The notes under the pieces were generated by a model. The model searched no databases and had not been told where the DNA came from. It worked only from the letters and a program-made list of their open reading frames with translations. Of a stretch of 64,000 bases of DNA, positions 25,834 through 38,968 are shown one piece after another. The DNA is taken from positions 69,874,001 through 69,938,000 of the forward strand of contig NC_043001.1 in the NCBI RefSeq assembly GCF_006345805.1. The letters are read 5' to 3'. A program made the position numbers and the translations under genes. This DNA is from Octopus sinensis. Its lineage: Eukaryota. Position 1 is the first letter of the stretch, and the number at the start of each line of letters is the position of its first letter.

Positions 25834-27493
25834 ATTAGTGATCCACTCATTCATGATTATTTTTTTCAAATGACCATTATTTTGTTTAAAATTTACCTTT
25901 AAAAACAAACAAATAAATATACAATTAATTGTAGAGCGATCGTGTTATATACCTTTTATGTTGATATTTTTATTGTCTTTAGCAAAACCAAGGTGGAAGA
26001 CATTTACCTGAAAAGAAAAGTTAAAAGTAATTGAATGTATTGTTTAGAGTATTGTGCATTATCATAGTATACTTGAATGTGGTATGAAAAATTTCATCAA
26101 AATCGATATTGTTTTCCACAACGAATAAATGAATAAGCCATAAAAATAATGGAATCCATTGTAAATTAATATAAATATCATTTCACAATAAATTGCTGAT
26201 AATAAAATCTCTTACTTATTTAAACATTAATTTACATGTATATTCGTCGAATAAGTATAATGAAAGGAAACATTATCAATGTAATAAGAAATAAAGTTTG
26301 GCGAGAAAACAATGCATTTAGTTTTTCATTATCAAAATGAAACTGAGGATCACGGGTTATTTTCATCCTAAGTCATTGTATTCTTCTCCATAATTATAGA
26401 ATATCATGCAACTGACTATGTATTATCTTAAAAAAAGATTGCACGTTTTTCAACACAAGTGATGATGTAAAATAGTCTATAGATATGATGTTGCAAAAGA
26501 AGTCTTAGTATTCGGAGTCTATAGAGAAATTGTCTCAAGGATAGATGAGGTTTGCAAACAGTATGTTTGACCATGGATTTTTGGGAGACATATATGTCTA
26601 TCGTCGCCAAGCTGTAATTGATAACCAAGAGAAGGCTGAGACCTACGTAGCTTGATATCAGTGTCCTTTATAATTCAAAGAACCGAAAACGTCACAGCAT
26701 AATAGCTAATCCAACGTTGTATCAGTTCGCCGATCCACAGATCTGGATTGCTACCTGATTCTTGAAGGATGGAAAGCAGTAGTTTCATATTCCCCCAAAC
26801 AGATGAAAGACAATTTTCATCTTGTCGACATTTGAATCCAACATTATACATAGCTTAGTGAGGTGTTTATAATTACTTGCAACTTTTCAAATATATTGAT
26901 GCCAAATGTTAGCTCTAGGCCTGAAATTTATGAGTGTGAGTTTGCTTATTTATGTCTTGTCTTTGCGTCCACTCGCCCAACGTTTCATTAGAGGAGTTTA
27001 AAGAATAATCAGCAGACAAAAAATTATGCGCTGTGGACGATTTCTTTCAACTAGCTTTATAAAGTGGGCCTCTATCATTGGTCATTCTCTAATGAATGAT
27101 GGTAAATAGGCGTTAAATGGTAAACGCACGGTGTGCAATATCTCAAACCAGATTTATAGCTATAAAAAGGCGACAAAATATGAAGCCACATGAAAACGAT
27201 GCTACCGTCCTTCTGCTTCACTAACAAGACGTAAAATAGAAGAGATTGTTCTGTCTCACATTCAACTAAAAATTGAATTTGGTTGTGTATTTCTTGAACG
27301 ATAAATTAACTCCTTTCGATATTGAACCACCAAAGAGCAAGTACGCTCCAGCTGTAACTCACATTGTCGTTAATTAAATCACATAGTCCACTCATAAATA
27401 TAAATACTCTAAAAACAACTTGAAGGTTTGGCATGAATTCTAACTACTTCAAATTGTTAAACAGCAGTAATAATTGTAGTGTTATATATATAT

Positions 27494-27535
<42 letters not shown>

Positions 27536-27593
27536 TAGCAGAGATACCCGACGTTCCCCGCTTACATTCATTTGAAGAATTAGACTTTTCTGT

Positions 27594-27643
<50 letters not shown>

Positions 27644-27843
27644 ATACACAAACACACACACAAACACACACACACATATATATATTTTATTTTATTTTAT
27701 TTTATTTTATCTAGTTTCAGCTCACGAGCTGTGGCCATGCTGGGGCACCGCCATATATATATGTATATTAATATAAATACATCAAAGTACATGAAGTTTG
27801 TTAAAAAAAAGGGGATCATGTATATACCTCCTGGCCGTTGAGA

Positions 27844-28920
27844 TTATAACACCTCGTTGTAAACAATGTTCCTTGTTTTTCCTTGTGGAGCATATACAAA
27901 AATGTTTCTTGAGCAGCCAACATGCAGTTGCCCATGCAAGAAGCAGAGCTCTTCCAAGAGAAGACCAGCTACAGAGAGGGTTTGACCCTGAGACTTGTTA
28001 ATGGATATGGCAAAGCTGATACGAAGGGGGAATTGCAGTCTTCTGAATGTAAATGGAATTTCTGCTCCTGATGGAGTAAGAGGAATTCTTGGAATAAAGA
28101 CGTCATCACCTTTTCCACATCCAGAAAGAATGATCGCCTCGATAACGAGTGACATCATTTTCTTTATCACACGTGTTCCATTGCAAAGGCTTGGTGGTTC
28201 CAGATTGCGGAGTAGCATTACAGGAGTTCCAACTTTAAGTGCTAATATGGGTGGAGGTAATCGAGGAGGCTCTAGTGAATTGAGAAATTCAGGAGGATAG
28301 TTCACAACTTCATTTATATCTGGAATTGTATCAACGGACTTGTAAGTGTGTATAGTACATGGAAGAGAATGCATTAGCTGTTGATTAATTTTGTTAACAG
28401 CGACGTTTTTTGGAGCTAATATTGCTCTTTCACACAGCCAATTGTGATTTTGGTAGTTTTTTGTGGTGTTGGGAAAGACTTCGTTTTTGAGGTCATCTAC
28501 AGAATTAACAACAAAGGAAAATGACCACACTTCCATTTGTCCTGCAGCATCGAGAGGCATCTTGCCTTCACCAAGTGTCAAAATGTCCTGTGCAAACTTT
28601 GTGGACATTTTGTCGCCGTGTAGCTGAGCTCTCATATTAGTGGTGAGACTGAGGATTGTAACATGATGCCACAGGGTAGAGGACTTTAGGCATGCTTGGT
28701 CTTCATCTGCTCTAGTGCCTTTCGGAATGACAGGAAGAGTTTGCCTGAAATCACCTGACAACAGAGGCGTTACACGGCCCATTGGAGCCTGACAGTGTCG
28801 GTTGTCTTTCAGGGCTATATATAATGCTTCGAAAGCTCTCTTGTGAGCCATAGAGCACTCATCCCAGACAATTACATAACACATTTTAAGTACTTGTCCC
28901 TGATCTGAGCTTTTGTTCAT
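27844..28920 (-). pseudogene. Helitron Pif1-family helicase C-terminal part
   Basis: VWDECSM, GDFRQTLPV, LKVGTPVMLLRNL...LCNGTR, QFPLRISFAISINKSQGQTL, TRNIVYNEVL*. Confidence 0.92.
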
Positions 28921-29568
28921 GTGAAGGCATTTCGGATACTGCTAAATTGAGAGGGAGTTTAAAAGTTGAGTGTGCTGTTCTGCCACCGGGTAACAAAGGT
29001 TACAGCTACTGCAATGTCCTGATGCTGCCTAACTTCTGCAAGGAGAAGCTTTGTAATAAATGTTTTTCCTGTCCCTCCAGGGGCATCGAGGAAGAAGATT
29101 CGTCCCTCGCGTTGGCGCATACTGTTAAGTATAGTTCTGTAGGCCTGCAGCTGGTTCGGAAGCTGTACTTTGAAAGCGCTTGAGTGTCGTAGGTTGTTTC
29201 ACGAATGACAGCAGTGGGAAGGCTATTTGACCCTGACCTGAATGCTTGTGGCAGGCCATACGTCGACAATTCATTTCCATTCCGTTTAGCAATTCTGTCT
29301 TCAATGTCAATGAGTGTTTTGTTATAGATTTCATTGCTGCTACCCTCCATGTCTTCAGCCAGGTTGTCTCTATATTTGAGCCATAGAGTGGCCGGATCAC
29401 ACAGTTCGCATGCCTGTAGTAATACTGCAAATAGTGCCCTGAGACTTTTAGGAGATTGTGATAAAGCAGCCCCTCCTAAAGTTGCATCCCATTGTGCACC
29501 ACCTTCTAACAGACCTTGTCGATAGCAGGTTTCTCTGTATGTTGTGCAGACATGTCCATGAACGGTTT

Positions 29569-30420
29569 TTAGGGCCTGGAAAGACGTTGGCCCTCTGACC
29601 TCATGCAGTAGTAGACAACGGTAGAAGCACTCTTGTCGATGCACTGTGTATACTTGCCCACGGCAAGTGTGAAACTTAATGCCAGGGTATCCATGAACAT
29701 TTTGACCTGCTCTTCGTGGGGACCATTTTTCCCATTCCAAGTGTAGTACGATGGAATCTGTGGATACAGCAAGGTTTGAGCGAATGGATCCACTTGACAA
29801 AGCTTGAAGAATGCAGTGAGTGTACTATCCCTCGGTTCCTCTGCCAACAGAGAAGCATTAGCATCGGTGAAGGACACTCTTTGACCATTTTCCAGGTGCA
29901 CTGCAAGCTGTTGAATGGCGAGGTGTTGTTGGTGAATTGGAAAGCCAAAGATGCGCCAGAAAGCCTCGTTGCTACTTATGTACCGTCCCACCTGATAATG
30001 CGTCACCTCATCCTGGCAGTATTCTTGTTGAAGTCCAAACATTGCAGCGTCAGAACCCTTGCTTATATATTTGCAAACGTACTTGATGGATTTAACGGAG
30101 TTGCAAAACTCAACGTTGATGTGGACATTGAAAGTCTTTGACAGGAGTGAGCAGTATGGAACAATCCATCTATTATCAATATCGTGCTGCCCGATAGTTG
30201 CTGTGAAACCTCCGTCTTCTGGTTTTCTACGTCTGTATGATGGATACCCATCAGCACCTGTCTGAGTTTCTTGTAGGAACCTCCTTGGAAATCTTTTTGA
30301 ACATATGCTGTCCTTCAAGCATGGTGAGTTTATGTTGAAGCCACGCCCACATGGACCATGTACCATGTTTGCTTTAACTATTTCGTTGAGATTCCGGTTC
30401 GAATGTAAGGCAAGTTTGAA
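29569..30420 (-). pseudogene. Helitron Rep-region fragment
   Basis: ORF track 29569..30522; homology starts near NRNLNEIVKANMVHGPCG, the upstream part is microsatellite. Confidence 0.9.
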
Positions 30421-30527
30421 AGTGTTACAACAGTTATTAGTTGTAATGGTAGAGTGTTTATGCCGAATATGTACGTATGCATGTATATATATATATGTAT
30501 GTATGCCTGTATATATGTACAAAATCT

Positions 30528-30652
30528 AGTGAGAAGGATTTTGTTGGTCTGAGGCTACAGCAGAAGATACATGCCAAGTCACCACACAGTGGGACTGAAC
30601 CCAGGACCATGTGTTTGGAACGTAGTTTGTTACCACACAGCCACTCCTGCCC
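30528..30652 (-). mobile_element. SINE tRNA head fragment
   Basis: CACAGTGGGACTGAACCCAGGACCATGTG...ACCACACAGCCACTCCTG. Confidence 0.75.
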
Positions 30653-30710
30653 CTATGTATGTGTGTGTGTGTTTGTGTGTGTGCGTATGTGTGTATGGAT
30701 AGATATATTA

Positions 30711-31654
30711 TGCATGTATATATGTGTATATATATGTGTACATATTACATGTACATCTGTATATAAACATCTACACATAAAATAAAAATACAAAGTTATA
30801 TCTTGATATCGCTAGTGATAACAATACTCCAAATATATAACAGACTGGAATTGTTGGCCCGTCTCTTGCAATTTCGACCAATTGGATCTTGTCCTCTCTC
30901 TTGTATAGAAGTGTACGGCTGTAGCGAAATTCAGTTTTGGTCTTTCTTCTATCGAAGGCATTTTAACAAAAATGCTTCAGTAAAGAAGGTGAAAATATTG
31001 TCAATTTCCCCAAACCGGGGCACAATTCAATTTTTAAACAATAACCAAAGCCCCTTCTCCGAAAGGGGGAGGGTTACGGTTTACAATTATTTAACAAATG
31101 CAGCACAACAACGTTTCCCTGCCGAGGAACCAACAAACGTGATTACAATAGTCAAACAGTAATAATAATAACAAATCTTTTTAATTTATCCCCATTTATG
31201 TGAAACCACTTATTCAAGTTAAGTCATTGATGCAATTTTAAACGAATTGCTAATACACACACACACACACACACACACATAATAAGGGTGAAAAATTGAA
31301 TATTAATTTGATTAATATGAATTGAAAACCAGTGGTGTAGCCTATAAGACCATAGCGGATCTTCTTCTAGCCAAATAGATGACCACTTGTTAATGGTTCA
31401 CCCCTGTTATATAATACATTCACTTTAATAGTTTCAGTATTAAAATGAAAATGTCTGCATTACAAAAGAGAGATGTTTTTGTTTCCCTTTTAACACGTAA
31501 TACTGAAATAGTGGAGAAGATATGATATTGCTGTGGGGTCGCTTGAGGGAAAAAGTTAAGATCTTTTGCTGATGACACTCCCCGGACCTTAAGCAAGGCA
31601 TGTGTAAAATTTGAAGGAAATTGGTTGTGTAGTTCTCAAGTTTTAGGGAAACAC

Positions 31655-31685
<31 letters not shown>

Positions 31686-31712
31686 CACATTCTCAGTTTT
31701 ATATATAGAGAG
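30711..31712 (-). mobile_element. Non-autonomous Helitron, deleted copy of the 48271-49854 family
   Basis: Shares TC..TATATATAAAACTGAGAATGTGTGTCTGTCTG start and internal blocks; lacks 49211-49616 and the terminal hairpin-CTAG. Confidence 0.85.
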
Positions 31713-32210
31713 ATATATATATAGTTGAGTATTAAATGTAAAGTTCAATATTCTTTTTATAGGTAATTAACCAGTACTTTCATGGGATTTTGTTATCGCT
31801 GAATGAAGTTTGTAACCTTTAATTGTGCTATTGAACAGTCTCAAGTATAACAGGCCGAAACTGTAGTGATAATTAGAAGCTTGACTGTTGAATAGAAAGC
31901 CACGTATGTTCCGTCCTGGTTTTCCTGTCCGTTTCTGCATCATACAGCTGCCCGCATCTTTTCATTGTTGTCTGTTAAGTTCTTCTTCCGTGTTTTTTCG
32001 ATATATATATATGTGTGTATGTGTGTGCGTGTGTGTGAGTGTGTATGTGTGTGTATGTGTGTGTGTTTGTGTGTGTATAGTTTACATTTAAACACATAAG
32101 AGATGGCCATAGTCGGACATCTAAACCGCTAGAAGGAGTAGTTAAAATCCAAAACACAATTATGGTTAATTTCGGAAGGGAATGAAAAATAAAATCATTT
32201 ACCATCTATA

Positions 32211-32281
32211 TCCTGGACCATGGTTTCAAGCTATCTTCAGCATATCAAGTAATCTGCTAGGCGAAGCTCTCATCAGCAGGA
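32211..32281 (-). ncRNA. Canonical type I hammerhead ribozyme
   Basis: TCCTG-CTGATGA-GAGCT...AGCTT-GAAA-CCATGG-TC-CAGGA; perfect 5-bp stem I, palindromic stem III. Confidence 0.85.
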
Positions 32282-32529
32282 AAGCCAAAGATTAAAATAT
32301 AAGTCCGAGGCAATACAGAATATGGTGGTAACAAATAACTAAATAATATTTTATTACCCTAAAATTTATTAATAATGATTCTTTTGGCTAATTTTGAAAG
32401 AAAATCGGCATTATGGCTATTTGCTGCCGATAAAAAAAAAACTGCTTGTGCGGTGAATTTGATAAATTATAACATGTAATCACGAGGTATGTTCTAAATT
32501 GCCTCGGACTTATATGTTAACCTTCGGCT

Positions 32530-32598
32530 TTCCAGCTGAGAGCTTCGCCTAGCAAATTACTTTATTTGTTGAAGATTGCTTGAAACCATGGTCCAGAA
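32530..32598 (+). ncRNA. Probably inactive hammerhead copy (3 nt missing from core)
   Basis: TTCCAG-CTGA-GAGCT...TGCTT-GAAA-CCATGG-TC-CAGAA. Confidence 0.6.
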
Positions 32599-32820
32599 AA
32601 TAGGTGGTAAATGTTTTTATTTTCATTCCCTTTCGAAATTACCCTTAAATGTTGTTTGGATTTTAACTACTCTTTCTAGCGGTTTAGATGTCCAATTATG
32701 GCCATCTTTTAAGTGTTTAAATGTAAATCGTATATATAATGAATAATATACAATCTATTACCACGTTGGTAAAAAATTTCTAGATAATATTTTACTACCC
32801 TGAAATTCATTAATAATATA

Positions 32821-32898
<78 letters not shown>

Positions 32899-32972
32899 AG
32901 ATAGGGGTTGAAAATTCAACCCACCATGGGATAACATATATCCAATATACTGCTAGATAGGTACCCAGTAGG

Positions 32973-33293
32973 GTGTACATCGGGGCAACTATGAATAGCA
33001 TAAAACAGAGATTGAATTATCACAGATATACTTTTAGAAATAAAAATAGAATGTACTCTACAGGGTTAAGTGCATACATCTGGGAACTTAAAAGTAAGAA
33101 CTTAGATTTTAGATTAAACTGGAAAATACTAACTTCAGCACCTGTGTATAATGGAAAAAATAAAAAATGCTCTCTATGTATTAATGAAATTTTTTTCATT
33201 ATTAAATCGGGTAGGCAAATTATTAACAACATAAATGAAAAAAAGTTTTTTTGCTTTCATAGACTACCGTTCACCTTTTCTAGATTCAAATAG
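32973..33293 (+). CDS. PLE GIY-YIG endonuclease C-terminal fragment
   Basis: YIGAT..IKQRLNYHRYTF..YSTGLSAYIWELK..W.IL..KCSLCINE..CFHR; homologous to the 19450 ORF. Confidence 0.85.
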   Translation: MYIGATMNSIKQRLNYHRYTFRNKNRMYSTGLSAYIWELKSKNLDFRLNWKILTSAPVYNGKNKKCSLCINEIFFIIKSGRQIINNINEKKFFCFHRLPFTFSRFK

Positions 33294-34930
33294 AACTTAG
33301 CACTTCTACTATTAATAATTTTTTAACTCCCTTCTGTAACTAACTATACTAGTGGTCTTCTATAATTCTAAAGTATGCAACATATAAATTTATAATTTTA
33401 TATAATTTTATAGCTACACATGTATAATAATAGATGTATCTAGTATTAATTGTTTCTTGTTTTTATATGTGGGTTTTTGTCTTGTTTTTTAAGGGAAATG
33501 CAATATGACATGAAATAACATATTCATTTTGGTATTTACCTTGTAATATGTGATTCTTGAAGTTTTCTAATATTGCATAGTGTATACGTATATCTTGGTT
33601 AGATACCTAGCTCTAGATAATGTAATGCTTTTGTGTAATATGTAATATATGAGAGCCTTTTGGGAGTTTGGTTTGTTTAGGTTGAGAATCTAGGTTTTTT
33701 GTATGTGTTTATTTGGCAGGTTTATATTGTATATTTGGTCTTTCTTTGTACTCACCTTAATTTGTATCTTATGTTATTTACTAATAAACCTTTTCATTTA
33801 CAAACATTTGGCTTTATAAATATTACCAGCCTTATATATTTAGTTTATATCTATAGTCTTCTGGATCTGTACTTTAAATTATCCTTCCATACATGTTTAC
33901 TTTCATCAATATAATATATATATTCACTTTATTTTTTATTTTATTACAATGGTATCTATCTTTGCATTTAGTCTTCTAATTATTTATTTAATTGCTTATT
34001 TAAGTGTAGATTTATACATACATATCAAGTCATCTAACTACTTATCTATTTATTTATTTATTTATTTATTTACTTATACAAGTGTAGTTTTATACATACA
34101 TATATCTATCATTTATTTTTATTTTAATAATATATGAATACATATATACTGGTTTGTACTTATAATATGTGTGTATCCGTAATTATTTCTTCTTATTTAT
34201 TTTATCACATTTTAACTTAAGTATTTACAATATATTAATTAATTTTTTTAAATTTCTGTGATGTTCTTATATACGATTGCATTAGTGCATCCCCATGTTG
34301 ATATTATTTAATGCCTAATCTTGTATATTATGGCATAGAATTTATTAAGTAAAAAAGAGATATATTTATAATATATAAATTAATATATATTTTATAACTT
34401 AGCGTACTTGTAATCATAACAAATTTACGGTAAATCTAATAACCGGTATGTTTACTATACAATAAACCGGTGTTATAAATTGAAGTTACCCAGTGAAATA
34501 GCATCCGACATCGTGATATATTGATATTTTAAAAAAAATATATATATCTTTGAAATAAATATTTTATGGAAATATATGAGTGGATCTTTTTTGTTATTTG
34601 AGGCATAGTTATAATTTTGAAAGACTAGATGGCAGCATAGTTGCTCCCCTATTTGTTTATCTATGTGCTAGTTGTTGCTTGTGGTTATGTATGTGTATAA
34701 GTGTATGTGTGTGTGTATACATATAATTAGGTATGTATGTGCGATTGATCTGTGGATGCGCGTGTGAATATTTGCGTTCCTTGACTAACTAACCGTAAAA
34801 TTTCTTTTGTGATTTAAACTACTAGCCAATCGAATTAATCTAAAATAATCATTACCTAGTGGTCAGAATTTCTAAACTCATAGTTATTTCGATCTTGAAA
34901 GGATGGACTTGGTGCAAACATAACTGTATC

Positions 34931-34961
<31 letters not shown>

Positions 34962-35280
34962 ATTAATAGTAATTTTTATTGACTTTTATAGCTTTATAAT
35001 TTTATGAACTGAACCATGGTTTTAATTATTATTTTTCATCTCCCTATGTGTTAGTTTTTTAAAACTATTAGCCAAATATGTATAACAACTGTGCTTATTA
35101 ATATTAATATATACACTGATATATATTTTGTTTTATTTTGTTTTGTTTACCTTGCATTATTGTACAAATGAGTATTATATTATATATGTGTAGCATTATG
35201 AAGTTTATGCATAAGTTTTTATATTTTACATTTTTATATTTTTATATTTATATGTATATGGAAAAATTATAACAAATTAA

Positions 35281-35394
35281 ATTCTCTGAAGAGGCCGTGG
35301 GGCATCCTTGTTAATGCCTCATTTATACCTGCCTTTATGGCTTATAGGTTAAATGAGGTATGACTGCCCTTGCTGCCGAAACAGCTGTCAGATA
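35281..35394 (+). ncRNA. Type I hammerhead ribozyme with long stem II
   Basis: TCT-CTGAAGA-GGC...GCC-GAAA-CAGCTG-TC-AGA; internal hairpin CCTCATTTA/TAAATGAGG. Confidence 0.8.
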
Positions 35395-35577
35395 TGTTTT
35401 AATTACATATTATATTTTATATTTTATACTTATATTTCCTTGTCTATTTACGTTTACTGTATATTTTGTATAATGCCTTTACTGATATGTAATGGTGTAA
35501 TAACGTATTGATTGGGTATCATCTGATAGTTGATGTTTTATTGATTTAAGTATGTTTCTCCATTTTCTAATTTTGTA

Positions 35578-35639
<62 letters not shown>

Positions 35640-35762
35640 GTATGTATGTATATGTATATATATATATATATATAGATATATATATATATACTTGCATGCA
35701 TATATATATATATATATATATACATACATATATATATATTAGTATGTATATATATATATAAT

Positions 35763-35801
<39 letters not shown>
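35578..35801. repeat. Long interrupted (TA)n microsatellite
   Basis: Direct reading. Confidence 0.9.
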
Positions 35802-36604
35802 CCTGCATATAGCGTGCGTATATCGACATGCTCTTCTTTTTTTCTTTCTCTCGGATTCCTCAAACTACACTATCACATTAAATAGAACAATAAACACATA
35901 AGTCTATTTATAGGAACTGGACCATTCTTAGAATTCATCCCTTCAGTTTGAGGTTAATGCTCACTTTAGAAACCCCGCTCTTATACATTTTCCTGTACCA
36001 TTTCTTAATGCCATTCTAACATATCACCCCATCTCCCACTTATTCATTACTTCCATTCTCTTCGTTCCACTCCCTAACTCCTCTCCCCCCTCACAATATA
36101 TTGAGCACCAACTGACACACCTCTTTTCACTTTCTTTCACATGTGTTTCTCATTTTCCCTTCTTGCTTTCATTTTTGAGTCCTCTTTCTTTCTATTTTCG
36201 TTTCTGATCTTTACTTTATGCCTTTCTCCTCATTTTAACATACACATTTATTATCCCCTGTCTATCCACTTAATACTACCACTATATTCTCAAATTTTCA
36301 TTCACAGCACAAGACCCCTTTGAATGAACAGCCCATGGAATACACGCCACCACACTTTTCATTTCTAAAGACAAAATATGAATCCCTATTGGAATTTACT
36401 TACCGCGGACAAGAAGCATTTCTACCAATTCTACACACCACTTTCCTTGGATAATGGAACTGCATCTATAGCATCTTTATTCTTATTTCTATTTTTATGT
36501 CTATATTCATTATACTATTTCCCTATATACTCCGTATTTTCTTCTTTTACTGAAATAACTTATTTTGAACTCTAATATTTTCCCATATATAACCATCTAA
36601 CATC

Positions 36605-36652
36605 GTCTCTGATGAACGGATATCCCTATTATCCCAGAAACAACTGTAAGAC
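36605..36652 (+). ncRNA. Type I hammerhead ribozyme variant (extra A on each side of stem II)
   Basis: GTCT-CTGATGA-A-CGGATA..TATCCC-A-GAAA-CAACTG-TA-AGAC. Confidence 0.65.
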
Positions 36653-36740
36653 TAACTTTCTCTTTATGAAGGTCCTGAAAATTCCGCACTGCCTTGGCTT
36701 TGTTGTCTCATTTTATTTAACACACACACGCATACACACG

Positions 36741-36802
<62 letters not shown>

Positions 36803-36813
36803 ATATATATATA

Positions 36814-37035
36814 TACAGTAATCCATTGACTATCGCGGTTGTTACGGCCTAAACTCCATGCGATAGACGAAATTCGCGAAGTAGAAACAATACTGTACTC
36901 TAGTTTTTTCACTATTTCTATAGTCTGTATATATGTATCTTATTATAAATGCAAAACAACACCACAGAAGAATCAACGGAAGCCTAAATGATAAACCGCG
37001 ATAGGTGAACTGAGATATGGCGAGGTGTTTTTGTA
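36814..37035. mobile_element. pogo/Tigger-like MITE (~220 bp), degenerate TIRs, TA flanks
   Basis: TA|CAGTAATCCATTGACTATCGCG ... GAGATATGGCGAGGTGTTTTTG|TA. Confidence 0.5.
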
Positions 37036-37160
37036 TACGCAAAAATGCTAGCGTTAAGATCCCTCTAAGATATCAACCCAGTAGTTACATTAACAAGTAA
37101 TATTCGTAGCCACTTCAACATGGCTGTCATTTCGAACTGATAGGCGATGTTCTCTTTGGG

Positions 37161-37205
<45 letters not shown>

Positions 37206-37208
<3 letters not shown>

Positions 37209-38044
37209 GTGGTCTGATTAATAAGTATCCGGACTATTGCCATAGTAACTAAGCTAAACCATGCAGGATAAGTTGTTTGGCACAGATTGACCGGAAACGT
37301 TGTTGTGCATGTACATTAAGTTTTAACGTTCTGGTTTACTTTCACCATTTAAAACAGTTCTTGGAATGAATATATGTAGCGGTTGATCGTTGCATTGAAC
37401 AGAGAATCTGCTTCAAATTTTTTCAAAAGTTGGCGATACCTACTCAGGGATCAACGTAAAGATTTATAAAAGCTTTCATCGTTCTCGACACAATCAAGAT
37501 CTTGTGCAACGTAGACGCGAGTGTATCCTTGGTCAGCCGAAAGCAGTATTAGTACAAACTTAGCAGACGTCTCATAACTAAATCTTCAATGATAGTGGAT
37601 TGAACTGAAACGTAACTAATCTGCACATTCTCTGATAACTCACAGGTGGTGATTCGACGGTGATTTTCTCAGTTTCGCTTGTTGCGCTTCTGACAGAACT
37701 TTCGTCAATAACGACATTTTTTCGGGCATCTTGGAAACGTCTGAACCACTCCTACACTTGTGTGCCGCTGATACACTCCTCTCTATATATTTTCTGCAAC
37801 TTTGGGTAGGCCTCTGAGCAGGTACGGCCATGACAATTTTCTCTGTCATGGGCAATACGACGATCACACGCCTCACACCTTCCTTTCAAACACTGCTGTA
37901 GACAGAAGTGCCCTACAATTTTGAACCTTAGTGCGCATTCACAGCAGAGTTCCAGGTCAATCTTTGTCTAGCGGCTTTACTTTGCGTGCGTTAACGTCTT
38001 TACTGTGGTAACAGTCCGGATACTTACTGATCATACCTCGAATA
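37206..38044. mobile_element. Non-autonomous mariner derivative built from two inward-facing 5' ends
   Basis: TIRs TACGTGGTCTGATTAATAAGTATCCGGACT / AGTCCGGATACTTACTGATCATACCTCGAATA; N-terminal transposase traces on both strands (IEQRICFKF on plus; EWFRRFQDARKNV on minus). Confidence 0.75.
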
Positions 38045-38909
38045 TATATTTATATGTATATAAAACAATGGATATCTGTGTGTGAGGAGAGGCTTTGTGT
38101 GTGTAGTAGTACGTATGCATTTCTACAGTTTGCAACCGATTTTCGCCAAAATTTAAACACACACACACATATACACACACACATACACATACACATACAC
38201 ATATATATTCATATAATAATAGCCAAACCACTGTATACCTACGTTATAATGATCGTCCACGTACGTAGGAAATAATTGCTGTACGCATCGTCAGATGAAT
38301 TACAATCTCTGAATTATTTGGTGAAATATTCTCACTTATGCTAGTCGGCTAGTTTCACGTCTTATTGATGTAATGAAGAATGTCTTTTGGTTCGCTACAT
38401 TGCTAGCAATCAACTTAATAATTTTTCAATAAAGTTAATTATTCAGCAGTGTCTCATCCTTATTAAATTCAAATCTTTGAGGAATTTGATATTTTCCATA
38501 CATTGGCTGCTTGCTAATCATTTATGAAATTTGAAGGTGAAAACTGTCTCAGAATCAACACTACGACCCCTTATTTTTCATTTTATTCCTATACCGACAA
38601 TCTATCCCTGCATGTACCTTCTTTTCCAAAGAAGACAAATTATATGAAATAAATGTCAATTTAACGGCAGAATTGACTCTGTGCGTCAAGATGGTCTGTT
38701 TAAGTCCCCTACTAATGTGTATATCTCTTTAAAAAAAAACATACACGCACACATTTACATATATGTATCTATATCTATCTATCTATAGCTATGTATACAT
38801 ATGTGTATATATAGAAATGGGGAGAAAAATAGTTAGAGTTACATAGACACACACATACACGTACTCATGTATACTATCATGTGTACATATGTGTCTGCAT
38901 ATGTATATG

Positions 38910-38968
<59 letters not shown>

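Larger units (their letters stand above)
27535..30420 (-). mobile_element. 5'-truncated autonomous-type Helitron (Rep-Pif1 helicase), frameshifted
   Basis: Rep-region motifs HGPCG..SPCLKDSICSKRFPR, DNRWIVPY, INVEFC.SVKSIKY..KY, RYISSNEAFWRI; Walker A APGGTGKT near 29070; 3' end GAACGTCGGGTATCTCTGCTAG|T at 27535. Confidence 0.95.
32081..32727. mobile_element. Back-to-back inverted pair of PLE-type pseudo-LTRs (arms 32081-32322 and 32488-32727)
   Basis: Arms are ~240-bp reverse complements, each holding a hammerhead, flanked by microsatellites. Confidence 0.8.
32895..35460 (+). mobile_element. 5'-truncated PLE: GIY-YIG end, ~2 kb AT-rich 3' region, hammerhead, tail
   Basis: ORF 32973-33293 plus hammerhead at 35281 in the same orientation between two (TA)n tracts; continuity of the middle part is inferred. 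Confidence 0.65.
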
